Positions 38,026-52,344 of a stretch of 64,000 nucleotides of DNA are shown one piece after another. Numbering within the stretch: the stretch's first letter is position 1; each line of letters starts with the position of its first letter. The DNA is taken from NCBI GenBank assembly GCA_028534125.1, contig CM052816.1, positions 73,534,001 to 73,598,000 on the forward strand. The letters run 5' to 3'. The translations under genes and the position numbers were made by a program. The stretch is from Lama glama. Lineage: Eukaryota. Below the pieces are notes generated by a model. The model searched no databases and was not told the DNA's origin. It saw only the letters and a program-made list of their open reading frames with translations.

Positions 38026-39959
38026 ATGCATTAACCTAACTACCTCCTCAAGGAGTTCAGCCCATCACAGCCTACAAAGTCCACTTTCAGTCTGTCTCAG
38101 AAAGAAGCTCATTCTCTAACCATAGTGCACTGTTTCTGCAATTTTGCATTACCATTAAGAAGGGTAAAAAATGACAGCTTGTTCAAAATTAAAAATCTAT
38201 CCAAATTCAGCGTCCTACTCAGGGCAGAATAGAACTAGGAACTTTGCATTTGAAGGGTATACCATCAAAATTCATGAGTACACATCTTTATAATTCTGTC
38301 TATTAGGTGACAACTCTTGTAATTCTTATTTTTCTTTTCCTTTCAGGTAATAACCATTGATTCCATAAGCCTTCTTGAAAATAGCATAATTAAGCATCTA
38401 CTCTTACTTTTTTATACATAACTCTGTATCAAATATAAAGTCATCTAAAGTAACCTCATCCATCCAGTCTCCAAACTACACCTTCTTTATTGAAATAAAC
38501 ATAACTATTCATGTAAGAAAAATCCTCTCTGCTTTGAAAACCATAGTTTTAGACAAACTAAGATGAATAAATAGAAAAAAGTAAACTCATATTATGGACT
38601 CAAATTCTTCCCTACTGCACAATTTTTTGTCACATTAAAATCATTACTTTAAGTAACTTACCTTTTCTTTTTCCTTTCAACCAAATAAACTTGAATGCTA
38701 CATTTAAATATTCTTTATAGAAGAGAAGCACATAGGATAAATAAATTCCAGGAAGCAAAGCTTAAACTGGTAACATTAACATAAAATATACCTGCTTATT
38801 ATGGTTCTAATGATGTTCAAAACTAGGATCGAGCCTGCAGAAACGTGGATATTTAAATGTACACACATTTAGGAGTTGGGAATCTAGTAGAAATGCCAAG
38901 AAGTCCCAAGGTGAGAGGAGCTGCTTGAACTGCCCGGTAGAGGTTTCAACTGAAAGATGAATACAATGTCCTTGGTTTGCATAGAGAAGTTAGACCCGAA
39001 AGAGCAAAAGCCCCAATTCCTCAGCCCCGTAAGAGCTTCTGTTTGAGTAAAAGGGGGGGGGGTGTCTCTGAAGCCAGAGTTTTGAGATCAGTGAGATACC
39101 TCCTTTTCATTACTAACTCCAAAGTGAAAACCTGGATTTATAAAAATGAATGAAATATCAATCTTTGTCACGAAAGATCCCCTTAAAAACACTTGGCCAC
39201 TTAAAACAAAGCCAAAGGACTATGGCTACAGAGTGGAATTTCCCAGGATCAAAGTCTTCAGGCTTATACAATATAGACAGTACCGGTCACCATACTCATA
39301 ATTTCTTTGACAAGGTAATTCATAAGGCAACGTTGTTTCATGGTCTACTTTTCATTCATTCCTAGACCTCAGAGTAAAGCTTGTCTAAATTCCAAGTTAT
39401 GGAAAATTGTAAATAATTTACAAAATTGAGAAATTCAGTATTTGCAAGAGAGGACGACATCCCTCACTTCAAGGGCCTCTTGGTTATCTCGAACCATTAT
39501 GGTTTTGCTTTAAGTTCTGCTTTCTTATCAATATATGTGTATTTATTGTGGATTTATGGGAGGTAAAGTTTGCAAACATGATAAGCCCACCTGTTTTCCT
39601 TGAATTCTGCTTTTCCTGTGGAACTGTTCTTTACACTGAAAAAAAAAAAAGAAAAGGATTATAACAATTTTCTTTATCGTTGGCTCAACACAAATATTGT
39701 TAGTGGAATGTTTGTTTCTTAACAATCGTTCTAGGTATTTAAACATCAGCTTTTTAAAAGGGCCCTAATATGTGGTTATAATGATCAATTAAAGTAAATC
39801 ATGTGCCTTCAAACGTAGAAACTGTTTTGTCCTTATGAGTTTTATTTACTCTTCTGTTGTCAGCGTTTTGTATTAAGTCCACAACTTACATACACACAGC
39901 AACAGCAAGTAAAACCCTGGAACTGGAGTTCTCTGGATGGTTTGTGAGAAATGGAATGA

Positions 39960-40202
<243 letters not shown>

Positions 40203-40830
40203 AGGAAGGCATGTTTGTGGATGCAGTATAACCAAAGGCTCTTTTGCCAGGAATAGTTGGTGTTCTTCCTGAAGACAGTAGTCCAAAAGGCAAAGACACA
40301 TGGCAGATGCCTGCTTGCTTGAAAGAAAGGAAGCTTTTGAAGGTTTTTGTACTCACTGCTGACATAGGATGTTCTCTTAATTAGTTCTGTGTCCTGCCTT
40401 GTAATCAAGATTATAGGCAGATCAAATTGGATGGAAGTTATTCCTAAGTGAACAATACTGTGGCTGAGTTTTTGGGTTAAGTTTTTGTTTATGTTTTTGT
40501 TTTTAACCTCTGAGATAGGAACTTAAAGGACACAGAACAATCTGTTGAATGATCTTCGGGAAAGTTATTTATGGAATACGAACTCATATCAAAGACTTTC
40601 ATTGCTCATTCCAGCCTAATGAATCAATGAGCAGTAAGACACGCAAGCATTTACTGGAAAGCACTTGGGTCATATCATATGCACAACCAAAGGAGCTTTG
40701 GGCGTGGCATCATGGAAGAATTGGATAGGATTAAAAAATATAAACACAGTAGTGTAAAACTGTTCTAACAAAACAAGTAGTATGGTATGCTTGTGCATTC
40801 TGCCTTCATCCCTTTCTATTTCTTTCTAAG

Positions 40831-40842
40831 TTATTTATTTAA
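40831..40842 (+). promoter_or_regulatory. AU-rich element (UUAUUUAUUUAA)
   Basis: Two overlapping ATTTA pentamers including the TTATTTATT nonamer, in the 3' UTR. Confidence 0.65.
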
Positions 40843-41644
40843 TAGGATGTTAAATATCTTTTGGGGTTTTAAAGAGTATCCTCAGCAGCTGCCCTCTGAT
40901 TTACCTTTCCATTTTCTTCAGCACACCACATGCATGTTCATGACAAAGTGTTTTTAAAACTTGGCAAAACACTTCAAGAATAGGAGATGAGATCTGGGGA
41001 AAAAGTGTGTGAGCCCCATATGCTATCAGTTGACTTCATCTGCACTTCTGCCGTAAGAACCATCAACAGTGACCATGACAACGCTATGGCATGGCCTGAG
41101 AGAGAGATGTCTGCCATCATTTAAACGCATACATCACTCTTAAGGCTTCCTTTCCTAAGAAGTAGACCGGAAGGCCAAATTCTTCTCTTTCAATACATCA
41201 GTGGGTCTCTAAGAATATACTAAAAGAGGAAAAATTAATTGTTAAATACATTTTAGTAGCCTAGACTCATTATTTGCTAATTTTTTGGCCATATGTCGCA
41301 GTGGCAAGTGATGAAGAGGCTGTCTGCATATGTAAGAACCCTTTATAAGTCTCAAATAGTGCATCTCCCCCAAAAGGAACTATCAAAAGAATTTGGTATG
41401 AAGTGCAACCCTCCCAGGGGCTTAAACTGAGCAAATATATTCTGGTATATGTGTAACCATATACTGAAAACTGTTCAAGCTGTATGATCTAGTCTTTACA
41501 AAACCAAATAAAACTTATTTTCTGTAAATTTAAAGAGCTTTGGAAGGTTCCACAATGTAACCTTCTTGAAATTCATTTTGTTAGAGCAGGTATAGAAAAC
41601 AGTACATAAGAGTGTACCAGACATCATCACATTGTATTCCACTA

Positions 41645-41650
41645 AATAAA
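41645..41650 (+). terminator. Candidate proximal polyadenylation signal
   Basis: AATAAA with upstream TGTA at 41613 and 41633 and a downstream GT-rich tract (GTGTCTGTAGTGATTTT). Confidence 0.5.
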
Positions 41651-42885
41651 TACATAAGCCTTATTTGCAGTGTCTGTAGTGATTTTAAAAAGTGTAGAAA
41701 AATACTATTTGTTCTAAATACTTTAAGTGATAACTATAAGATTATATTGATGCTGCAGTTTTATCGTCATATTTCTTGTTTTGAAAAGGTCTGTTTACTT
41801 TTATTGTTTGGACCCAGTATTTTGGTACAAAGGAAAGATTCACTAAATGAGTCTTTTATGAAAGTTTAACCCCTAGAAAGACTGGTGTCTTGTGATTCTC
41901 TCTTGTAACTTAATTGTGTTGATGCTTAACTAGCACTTCCAGTTAATCTGTTTCTTAATAAACTTTCCCATAAAGTAATCCCATAAAAGGTATGACCATA
42001 TTTTTCTCATTCCTTAAAGAAGTTGAGATTTGAAAGAAAATGCATTTGATGCAGAGTGTTTTGGCTTTGGCTAAAGTTGCATCTCATGGTACTTGGCTTC
42101 CAACTTGCTTTTTGACAAATGGGATTCTAAAAATGTTTAATTTTGTGGTTGGAATCTGTATGTTAAAACTGAATTGGTAACTGAGTCTGAGAGCTATAAT
42201 GTAACACATTCCTATCAGAACTAGGTATCTTTGTTCTTTTATTTTAAAATAATAATTGCACCTGACACATGAACATGGACCACCCACAACCAAAATTCAA
42301 TGTTTGGTGAGACAAATATAGTATTAGATGACCATGGTAACAGCAAATAGGGCACAAACTGGGTTCGTATTTCACATAGCCATTTAGATTACCAAAGAGA
42401 CTATGTGTAAACAGTCATCATTATAGTACTCAAAACACTAAAACAGCTTCTAGCAAAATGTATCAAAGCTTGCAGAAGCCAAAAATAGAAAACATCTCCC
42501 TCACCTCTCCCCCTGCCTCGCCCCCAAAACACACACATGGACAGAAATAAAGACAGAAACAGTTTGGTAAGAAGTAATGAAGTTCTCCTGCATTTAAAAA
42601 TGGCATCTTTGCTTGATATTGAGATAGAATTCTGGTCCCCTTTGCAGCTGGATTGCGCTACTCAAGGAAAAGCAGTTCCAGTCCTGAATGTTGTATGTTT
42701 TTTTAAAAAATCGTGATTTGGGGAGCTCTGCCGCTGTGGGAAGCGTGGCCCCTGGCCATAATGTGTCAGCCACAAATGTGTGTCCATCTGAGTGTTGCTT
42801 TCAAGGAGACGCCTCCTAAAGATAGAGATTCCCTCCCTCCTCCCACCTTCCAAAAGGCTGAACAGTGTATAGTATGTTACATTTA

Positions 42886-42899
42886 AATAAATCAATAAA
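42886..42899 (+). terminator. Candidate distal polyadenylation signals (tandem AATAAA)
   Basis: AATAAA at 42886 and 42894, upstream TGTA at 42866, downstream T/GT-rich tract. Confidence 0.45.
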
Positions 42900-45800
42900 C
42901 ATGCTGGGAAAAGAAAGTAAGACTATTGTCCTCATTTGTTTTATTAGTCTAGAACTATACCTGCTAATAAAGAGAGAAGTTCATGTCTCGTGTGCTTGGC
43001 AGGATGTGGTTAAATGCCCCACAGCCGAAAACAACAACAACAGAAAAAAAAAATCACTCAAACATTTGTAAGGTTTCTTTAATGTTTTACATGTGTGAGT
43101 CAGCTATCCTTACTCTAATAACAACCAAATGCTTTTGATTTTTCCTAAGTATTCAGGTCCACCTCGTTTACACAGTGGATAAAGAAGGATGAATTGAAAA
43201 CAAGGATGGCTTATGAAACAATGAAAGACTTTTGGAGGAAAGCCAGGAGGCTGCAAAATCTGATTCCAAGGGGATAGAGGAAACCAATGAGTTTGATTTG
43301 AAAAGTAGAGAGAAAAAAATACATAATAATGCAAGTTGGGTCCAGGTCCCAGGCAAGGTTATGGACACTATTTAAATAGGTCAGCATTAATCTGCACAGT
43401 TCTCATAATTTGGATGTTTGTTAATTTAGGTTTTATGATTATTCAGCAAAATACAAAATTTACCTTCGGTTTATTGGTGAAAGTTTTTTAGCTGGTCCAA
43501 ACTTTGTTTGAATAAAGATATTTGTAAAAAGCCATGAAATATATCAGAGAAGATAGCTAGTGCATTAAAAGAAACACATTTACATACAAACAAGTATCAC
43601 ATTGACTAAGGCTTATTCTTGTTTATTTCACTAGATAGGACGTTTTCAACTTAAACTAAGCTGTAAGAAAAAAAAAAGGGGGTATTTTGGAAACATATTG
43701 GAAGGAAAAGGGCAATTCTGAGTTCCACCAGAGCTGGGACATGAAGCAAATAAAAAATCTGCTTCCTCTCAGGCACTCATTTCCTCTTACCTATGACTGG
43801 CTTTATTTGCTTGGCTACTGCTTGCCTCCAGTTTACTTTTTTCCAACTCCAAAGCCCAAAACCCCAAACCTCTTTTTCTCAAGATTCCAAAATGGAAACA
43901 TGCAAGGTATGCCTCTTAGTGGCCAGCTTTGGATGAGATACCAATCTCTACAGCAATTAGTAGGACAAGGCATATGGGCGCTATCATTGGCCAAGCTTCA
44001 GTCACATGGTCACAGAGCTAGGAGGTGTCGATTTTGGCAGCCCACACAACTGGAACTGGTGAGAAAGAATGTACTAAGGAAAGGGTGGTGCTGGGCAGGT
44101 GCAAAAACAAAAACAGTTCTTAGCTACATCTATTTAAATGAGAATACTGACTTAATCTTTCTTTTCTCTTTTTTTTTTGTGAATTCTAATTAACCTTCAT
44201 CTTTTTCTTCAAATCAGAGAACTCTCAAGATTATTTTTTTAGGCATTTTTTTTAAAAGAAGGAGATTGTATTTGTTTTGTTTTCAATTAAAGCCAAGAGT
44301 AGGTCCCTGAATATAGGCATGCTCACTGTAATTCTGTAAACTTTGTAGAATGATCATTAAGATGAATGCAAGTTTTCACTGAATCAGAAGGTCGTCCTCA
44401 TACTAAACATCAGTTATACCACAACATGACATTATAAGCATTTTTTTACGTTTATCCCAAGAGTATGTACTAGTATTTTCAAATGTATCAACATGAAGGG
44501 GAAAAAAATCTGAAACTTAAATAACATCTGTTTTTTAAAAATTGCAAAAGAAAAAAGAAAAAGAAAAAACTTGCTCTGTCTCTCACTGTGTCTTGTGTAC
44601 ATTCAATATGAGTCAAAAGAAAGCTTTATAACATGGATTTCTCTTTTCTTTTGCTGATTAGTAAATAATAAAACACAAAATGCCCTTGCAAGTGAATAGT
44701 CTACTGAAAACACCTTTATAAACACCATGTATTAGTTAAAATGGAATAATCACAATGAAACTAATGAGAACAAGGTAACTGGTCTCATCTCTAGGTGGCT
44801 AATGGAGACCATTTCCATGTAGCTGCTCCATCATGGCAGCTAAGGACAACAACCCCATACTCAAAGAGAAAAAGCACATGCCAACCATCTGTGCATGTGG
44901 CATGTATTATCTTATACGTTTTCATTATCCTCCACAAAAGAGCCTGTGTTCATTTTTCAGTATAGGCAGCTGCACCCTCTTGAGATGAGGACAGCAAGGG
45001 AAGAATCCAAACAGCCCATGTTCCTCATTACAACTGTAAATTGAACATGTGCCTTCATACAACTTAGTTAGTGACCCTAGAGGTAGAAGAACCAACTACA
45101 GGAAGGCCTGAACCCTCCTAAAGTTTGGTTTTAATTACTTTATACACGTCTTAGATGCCTACATAATCTTACAATTTTTGAAATTACTCAGTGATCATTT
45201 CTGTGGTCAGTTTAAGCTGCTGACAGTGCAGATAGTCTCAGAGAGGTCTTTCAAGAATAGTATATCAAAAATCAGTATTTCATGAGGTATTATAAATAAA
45301 AAAAGAGACTACTTTTTATGATTACAGGAGATATTTGGGTTTGGGGACACATACCAGTTGAACATTAAAAATATTTAAACATCTGGTATTAAACACAAGA
45401 CTTTTCAATTATCATTTTTCCCAGACACATGATCAATATGTTTAGACACTAGTAATATTTAATATAGTATCTATAAAAATGATATTAAAATATCTGTTTT
45501 GAGGCAGCTTTCCAACTGAGAGAATAAAGGGAAACACTGTCAAATGGCACTGCAAATAAAGACACAAATAATATCTTTTCTGTTTTCCCGATAAATTGAA
45601 AATTGGATGTAAAATGCATTTTACAATGCAAGCTTACACTCATGTAGGAAGCAAATGAAACTAAATAGTATTTTTTTTAATACTAGTATTTTAAAGCCAG
45701 TATCCACAATCCTTCCTCTTCACCTTACTCTAGGAAAGTTCTGTATTCCATCCTCTATGATCTCCTAAGAAATAGTCAAATTATCATTATCTCAACTGCA

Positions 45801-46154
45801 ACTGCTTATCCTTCTCTTTCTTCTCACTTTTGACTCCAAGTGATATTAAATAGCTATGTGAAATATATATCCTCATTAGACTCATAAGAAAAATACAGAC
45901 TTTATTTAAACTTTAATACCCACTTCAGCTCCATCAAATGAGTAGAGACTCCATAATTAATGTGGGTAGAGACTGTTGGAGGCAATTAATATTGAGTTCC
46001 TGAGATTATTGTCACATTCTCCTTCTATGTTTTTTCAAAGTTAGATATTTCTTCATGCTTATAAATCTTCCTTAGTGATGAGATTAATGGTTCCTAACCA
46101 TTTAAATTACCCATTACTACCACTGGGAAAAAATAAAAACAAAACATAAATACA

Positions 46155-46541
46155 AGTCCCAGTATCTTAGAATGTGGCCTTGTTAGGATATAGGGTCCTT
46201 GCAGCTGTAATTGTTGAGATGAGGTCAAACTGGAATAGGGTGGATTCCCTAATTCAGTATGACTGATGTCCCAATAAAAACAGGAAACCGGAACACAGAC
46301 ATACACACAGGGAGAGTGCCATATGAACATGAAGGCAGAGATTTAAGTGATAAGTCTACAAGCCAAGCACGCTTGCCAGCAAACCACCAGAAGCTGTTCC
46401 TCACAGCCCTGAGAAGGAATCAACTCTGCCAACGTCTTGATTTCAGACTTCTAGCCTTAGGCACAGTGAGATAATAAAATTCTGTTGTTTAATACACCCT
46501 GTTTGTGTACTTTGTTATGGTAGCCCTAGGGAACCAACACA
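46155..46541 (+). mobile_element. MLT1 (ERVL-MaLR) solo LTR, MLT1B/C-like
   Basis: AGAATGTGGCCTT..ATAGGGTCCTTGCAGCTGTAATT..GATGAGGTCA...GAAGGCAGAGATT...TTGATTTCAGACTTCTAGCCT...AATAAAATTCTGTTGTTTAA...TTTGTTATGGTAGCCCTAGGGAACCAACACA. Confidence 0.9.
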
Positions 46542-48229
46542 GAGTCTGTGACTTAAGACCCATAGAACTCCTGGTTAGGATCTTGTCTGGTACATCTGGA
46601 ATCATAAGGCTTTTGTGTCAATACAGCAGAATTGTTTGACACCAATCTTCGTATCAAGCAACTTCAACATACTCCTAAGCACTGTCACTGCCAAGCCCAA
46701 GATACGGTTTTTCTCAATAAATCTTTACTTAATTGACCCATAGATTTTTGTTGTATTCCCAGAATCATGTCACATTTTTCTCCAGAACTTTATTTTATAG
46801 TTTGCTTAATGACCCCAAACATGATAGAAATCAAATTACATCTGACCTGAGTCTCAATGTGCAATTTAGATGAGTATGGTGCAGGCCAATTTGGTGATGA
46901 ATAGAAATCCTCCTGGGAGCCCTGATTATTTTAACTCTTGACCATCTCTGTTTACTAAAGGAACAACACAACAAAATCAAACTAGCACATACAAATATAC
47001 ACCTATTTATAGCCTCCATTAATTCCCTAATTTATAACAGTTTTTATGAATTAATACATCTCAATGATTATTTTTATTTCAAGAATATTTGGAATTAGAC
47101 TATAAAGGTGACATGAGTATTAAATAATAAAATTGTCTAGTACACCAAGATTCATACATCAAAAAGCACATTGCTCAATTCAGAGTAGGACATCAGGAGA
47201 CTAAATTTATGTCAATAGTATTCTTCATCTTAGAAATAAGACGTTCTCTTAATCAGTTTCTACCTCCTTCCAAGGCATCCTTTGATCAAAGTGACTTTCC
47301 ATTCCATCCCATCAATAGTAGTTCATAGCAGAGGCAGCTACCTGGACTCATACACATTTATAATCCTAGCTTCCATCTTTTTAATCTTAATCTTCCCAGT
47401 AGAATTACAGAATAAACTTTTGAACCCAAATACATGACTGAATTGATTCCTATGATTCTAATGTGTTCAATCACAAGACTGGGTGGGTAAAAATGGTCCC
47501 TTTCTCTAGGATCTTTAGTAAATCCATCCAGAACCAATGATGTATAAAACAATGGAATGATTGTGTTATGTATCCCAAAACTACAAAGATATTTTCTAAA
47601 TATCACATTTGCCAACACTTCTTTCCTGATTTGTTTATTCTTCCTTCTCTGATCATTTACTAGGGAAGCTAGTAATATCCAGGATCACTAACATGCTTTA
47701 TCCTCCTTTCTTTACCATCTGAACTCCCATCTTCTTTTGTACATTAGTAAATAAACAAGCAAAGAGCTATTCAACAAAATAGACGTCTGCTACAGAAATA
47801 AAATCACTCTGGGATAACCCAATGCTAAATCAATGTTGTGTGTAACCACAGGAGCTCTTGACATTCAAAATATCACAGATTGTTTCTGGGACATAGCAGA
47901 GTTCTGATTTATTCAAGATTTGTCTCCAATATCAAATGCAGTAAATTAGTTGAAATTCAACTTTCACATCTTAATTTTTAAGTGATAAAGTTGAGGTTCA
48001 TTTTCTTTCCTAGAACTCATGGCCAGGAAATGAATGCAGGTCTCCTTCTTCCAAAATCACTCTTCTATTACATGGGCACTTTACCAAAATAAAAAATAAA
48101 AATAAATTTTAAAAAATCAGAGTCACACCATTTATATAGCCCAGTATTTTTTTCAATTCTTTTCAGGAATATAATTCTAAGGATAATGAAGTGTTTTGTT
48201 TTAATGAAGTATCTCTCTTTATAGTTACT

Positions 48230-48470
48230 GTATTGGGAGGGATAGCATACACTTTTGAATCAGAGAGACCATTTTTAATCTAGCTCTGTCACTTTCTAGC
48301 AGTGTGAGCTTAGAAACATTAATTTAAGCTTATTTAAGATTAAAAATGAATGAACACAAAGCCTGGATAATAATTTCTAACACTTGGGACTGTAGTAAGG
48401 GTTGAATGTTACCTTATGAGTTAACTGTTTTGTAATAAATACTGGCAAGCAGCAAGTACTCAGTACATGT
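48230..48470 (+). mobile_element. MIR SINE
   Basis: TTTTGAATCAGAGAGACC..AATCTAGCTCTGTCACTTTCTAGCAGTGTGAGCTT...AAGTACTCAGTACATGTT. Confidence 0.65.
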
Positions 48471-49261
48471 TGATTTTCTGCCTTCTTCTTGTGAACATTT
48501 ATTAAAAACCTCCTAATATGCTAAAATAGTGACTGAGTCATCTTCAAAGTTCCTACATTTACTCAAGAGATTACTTCATTACACAGATTTCAGGCTCAAT
48601 TTACATATACTTTCTTTCCTCCCAGAAAACCTTTCTCTGACCATTGATTAGACCATCAATGTATGTGAAAATCATGCTTCTCTCAGCACTGTGGATTACT
48701 GGGTTCTGGGCAAGCTCATGAGAAGGGACTTTGGTTTTGAACCACAATTTCCTTCCCTGGAAAGATGGGCTCTCTGAAGCATCAGAACAAAGGAGGCCAA
48801 GACAACATTAAAAAGAACCTAAGCATAGACATAACTTTTTTATTTCAGTTACGGAGATGACACTGTCTGTGGGAAGTTTGGTTTAAGAACCAAGAGGGAC
48901 TGATGTTTTAAAATAGTCACTTAAAAGGAAGGGTACACACTTTGAGCATGAGCAGTTCTAGAAATGTATATATGTTTTAGCCTGGCAATGGTTTAGCAAT
49001 ATTTCAGGTTTTTTCCCCAACTAATACAAAGCCTCATTTTCATAGATAAGTGAAAGTGATCATTGTTAAACACACAAGGAAAAGGACACGAACACAAAAA
49101 AGGATAAAAATATCTTGCGTATTCTGCCCTGTGCAGCCACCTATCCTCTGATAAATTCTTAACCTTTGGGAAAATAAATTGGGAAATGAGAAAAAAATAT
49201 GCCTCTCATCTTTATTTCCAAGACAACAATATATAGCTTTGGGAATTCTCCATAGTTAATG

Positions 49262-49607
49262 CATGGGGCACTGCCCAGATTCCCTTCTCAGGACCTAGGC
49301 ACTCTTTCCGCAGCTGCCGGAAGCAAGTTGCACGCCCCCTGCTGTGGTAGCCATATCCAATGACAGCTCAATGTCAGGTATAGAAACCTTGTCCTCTTGC
49401 TTAACTGTGCATAATTCAATGGGGTCATTCCTTGTGGAATCAGTTGCAACATTTGTTGTGACTTTGTGTCAGATCAACTTTTTTCCCCTGCTGCCTAACC
49501 TTGCTTCCTTCACCCCTCACAAGTGTCCCAAGTGCACTCCCCAGTAAACTTTCTACATGCAAATCTCCATCACAGAGTCTGTTTCCTCTGGAACTAGACA
49601 TAAGACA
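49262..49607 (+). mobile_element. LTR16-like ERVL solo LTR
   Basis: GCACTGCCCAGATTCCCTTC..AGGAC start; end ...CACTCCCCAGTAAACTTTCTACATGCAAATCTCCATCACAGAGTCTGTTTCC..GGAAC..GACATAAGACA resembles the recalled LTR16 3' end. Confidence 0.75.
49330..49348 (-). promoter_or_regulatory. CTCF-like motif, reverse, inside an LTR
   Basis: Minus strand reads ACCACAGCAGGGGGCGTGC; the core CAGCAGGGGGCG is intact, with mismatches in the flanks. Confidence 0.45.
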
Positions 49608-51759
49608 TCCTGTATGTGCAGTTTGTATATTTTTAAGGTGGAGACTATTTGACAAAACTGTAACCAACCATCTACCCTTTCTTCTGAATGAATATTGCCT
49701 CAATTTTAACATGTGAGTTTAATAAGTCCAGTGGAGAAATCTAAGGACACACAACAATTTCCAGGAACCAAGTGATGAGAGAAGCAGCAGTTTTTAGGAC
49801 TAGCTTGGAGAGATCCAACAGCACAGGAAAGTAAGAATGGGTTTCCCATCTAGTTCTAGGATGTAAACTAGAGGCACATGGGCACTAAGCTAAGTGCCCA
49901 AATCAGGCAGAGGCAAAATGGCTATTTGTCTAAAATCTTTCCTTTTTATTTTATGAGAGCCTATGTTTGACTGCTGTGGAAAATCTAAAAGTTAGAGAAG
50001 TACACTCAGACATTTCAAAAGAAACATTCCTAAATGTTTCCTTACAGGAAAAAAACTCATATAAAGGGTAAGTGAGAGATTTGAAGGTATATAAACTTTA
50101 TTGTAAAAGAGTTAATTTCAATTTACCATGAGTGCAAAAAGCAAAGGATAATATTCTCAAAACTAGGAAAAGTTCCAGAGAAGCCCCTCCAAACAGTTTC
50201 TGGGACCCATCTAAGTATTTGTATTGTTGTAAAGAAATAACTGATAATAATTTACTATTATTTTTTCCAATGTTCTATGTTGAAATTCCATTACTGAGAA
50301 CCTCAAATATCATTACCCAGGACAATTCCCTATTATTATGTTGGAAATGAAACTTAATTTTAGGTTTCCAGTTCCAAGTCCCAAGTGGGAACTAAATGTC
50401 ACAGAACAAAATGTCATGCAATGAGATCGGATACTAAAATATGTGACAGTAACCAGATGTTTCCCTAACAATTACCGCACAGCAAAAGCCAGTCAAAGAA
50501 ATGAGGTACAGCGCTTTTCACAAGTCAAAGGGCACTCCACACTGTTATTTAGCATGTTGATATTTGCTGGTTTATATTCTGATGAGCACACCCTGGTTGC
50601 CTCAGAAGCAATACAGAATAAAATACAAAGTATAATTATTTCTATTAAAGACGTTTTACAGAAATTGTTCAAGTAGGTCTCAAATAGGACAACTCATAGT
50701 ATCAACAATATAATCCAGGTTCTCATTAAAATGTGATGTAGAAGGAAAGAGGTCCTTATTCTACTAAAAAATCTCATTGCCATCATCCCTGCCCTAGCAT
50801 ACTCCTATTAACTATTTTACCATCTGTGAGGCATGAGAAGAGGAAAAAGGAGAAGTAAAAACAGATCTGAGCTGAGACAGATATTCAGCTCAGAGAAGAA
50901 GAGGTGAAATTAGAGCTGACCAAGAACAAGACCACCACTCCCCTTCACTTTGGATACTATTTATGACCCAGATTCCACAGTCAGTCCTTGGATTGGTTCC
51001 TTAAAATCAGCATCACGTTGCAAATTTCAGGAAGCAAATGATTTGCTTTAGGACAGAAATCCCTTTAGTGACTTTTAACACTGAGGTAGATACAGTGGCC
51101 AGCAGTGAAACCAAAGATGAAAAATAGGAACATTCTTCAAGCCCAATGGAAATACTCAAATTTCCATGAGACAAGGTTAAATATTAGTTTAATAGATTTA
51201 TTCACTTAATGGGTTAGAGGAAATATTTTTTATAACCAACATCAGAAATAGATATAAGGATTATACAGCCTTTTGATGTAAAAATAAACTTAGATTAAAA
51301 CAAGTCTTGGATGTGGTCACATGGTATAACTAACAGTTTGATCCAAGAAAATTTAGTGCATACTTAATTCACATTATATGTGCAATATTTCTTTCATGGA
51401 GGTTCTAAAATATTATATGAACTACTATATTTTTGTATTAATATGTATGAGTTTAACATAGGGTAGGCTAACAATTCTGGAAGTGTTTTAAGTTCTAAAA
51501 TGTGCCCTTGAATTTTTTCGGAGACCTCACTCTGTTATATCTAAGATACCGCTGGGTGCCTAACGTACAATATATTACAGACAAGTAGTTGTTTTTTAAG
51601 TCTGAGTTTGCTAATCAATCTTAACAAATGAAAGTATACAATGTCCTTCTTTTCCTATTTTCACAAAAGTAATCTTTGGTGAGATGTGCATTTGTCTTCA
51701 GCAACCTCAGTATGCAGATGCACAAAACAAGTGATCGAGTCAACTAGAAGAGAAAAAAG

Positions 51760-52265
51760 CAACTATCCACCTCTATATAATTGTGTGCAAATTCCTATTT
51801 GGTACATTTGTTTCAACTGCTGCATGGCGTTCCGTTTTCTGAAGATACCACAATTTACCCATCCCCAAACTGTTGCACGTATAGGTTGTTTCTAAATTTT
51901 TATAACCACTGATATAGTAAACATCTCATACACATCCTTTGGTGTACAAGGGCAAAAGGTCTCTTCAGTGTGTATCTAGAGATGGCTCTAGGGTTTGAGC
52001 ATCTGTGAGCTTTTGCACATATTGTCAAGTTGCCCTTTAAATGTCTCCAAAAGGAAATTTTTTAATTTTAACATGGTTTGTGTTTTCATGTCATTTTAAA
52101 GAAATTCTTCCCCATCTTAATGTTGTAAAGATTTCCTCTTATAATTATTTCTAGTTTTGAAAATTTCTTTCATATTTAGATTTTCAATTCATGTGAAATT
52201 TATTTTTGTTATAATGTAGGATATGGATAAAATTTTATTCTCTTCATTATGGATAGCCAATAATA
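51760..52265 (-). mobile_element. Ancient L1 fragment
   Basis: TACCACAATTTACCCATCCCC..TAGGTTGTTTCTA; CATATTTAGATTTTCAATTCATGTGAAATTTATTTTTGT. Confidence 0.6.
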
Positions 52266-52344
52266 CCCCTCCCTACTTCCAGGTCCACCTCTCTCATATA
52301 TATAGTATGACTTTATATATTTTTTATCCAAACCAAAAAGGTTT

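Larger units (their letters stand above)
40203..42920 (+). other. FGF10: FGF10 3' UTR (3' end uncertain, may extend further)
   Basis: Follows the stop codon, with no recognisable transposon for several kb. Contains an ARE and AATAAA at 41507, 41645, 41957, 42546, 42886 and 42894; further AATAAA follow at 42966 and 43511. Confidence 0.7.

Noticed and set aside
39053..39062. G10 run in intron 2 as a possible G-quadruplex
   Set aside because: Single short homopolymer without four separate G-tracts.
43687..44193. 168-aa plus-strand ORF downstream of FGF10
   Set aside because: TTG start, no recognisable homology or exon structure; consistent with chance.
50866..50894. 10-bp inverted repeat (similar ones at 24120-24145 and 49879-49900)
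   Set aside because: Arms of 8-10 bp are expected by chance several times in 64 kb of AT-rich DNA.
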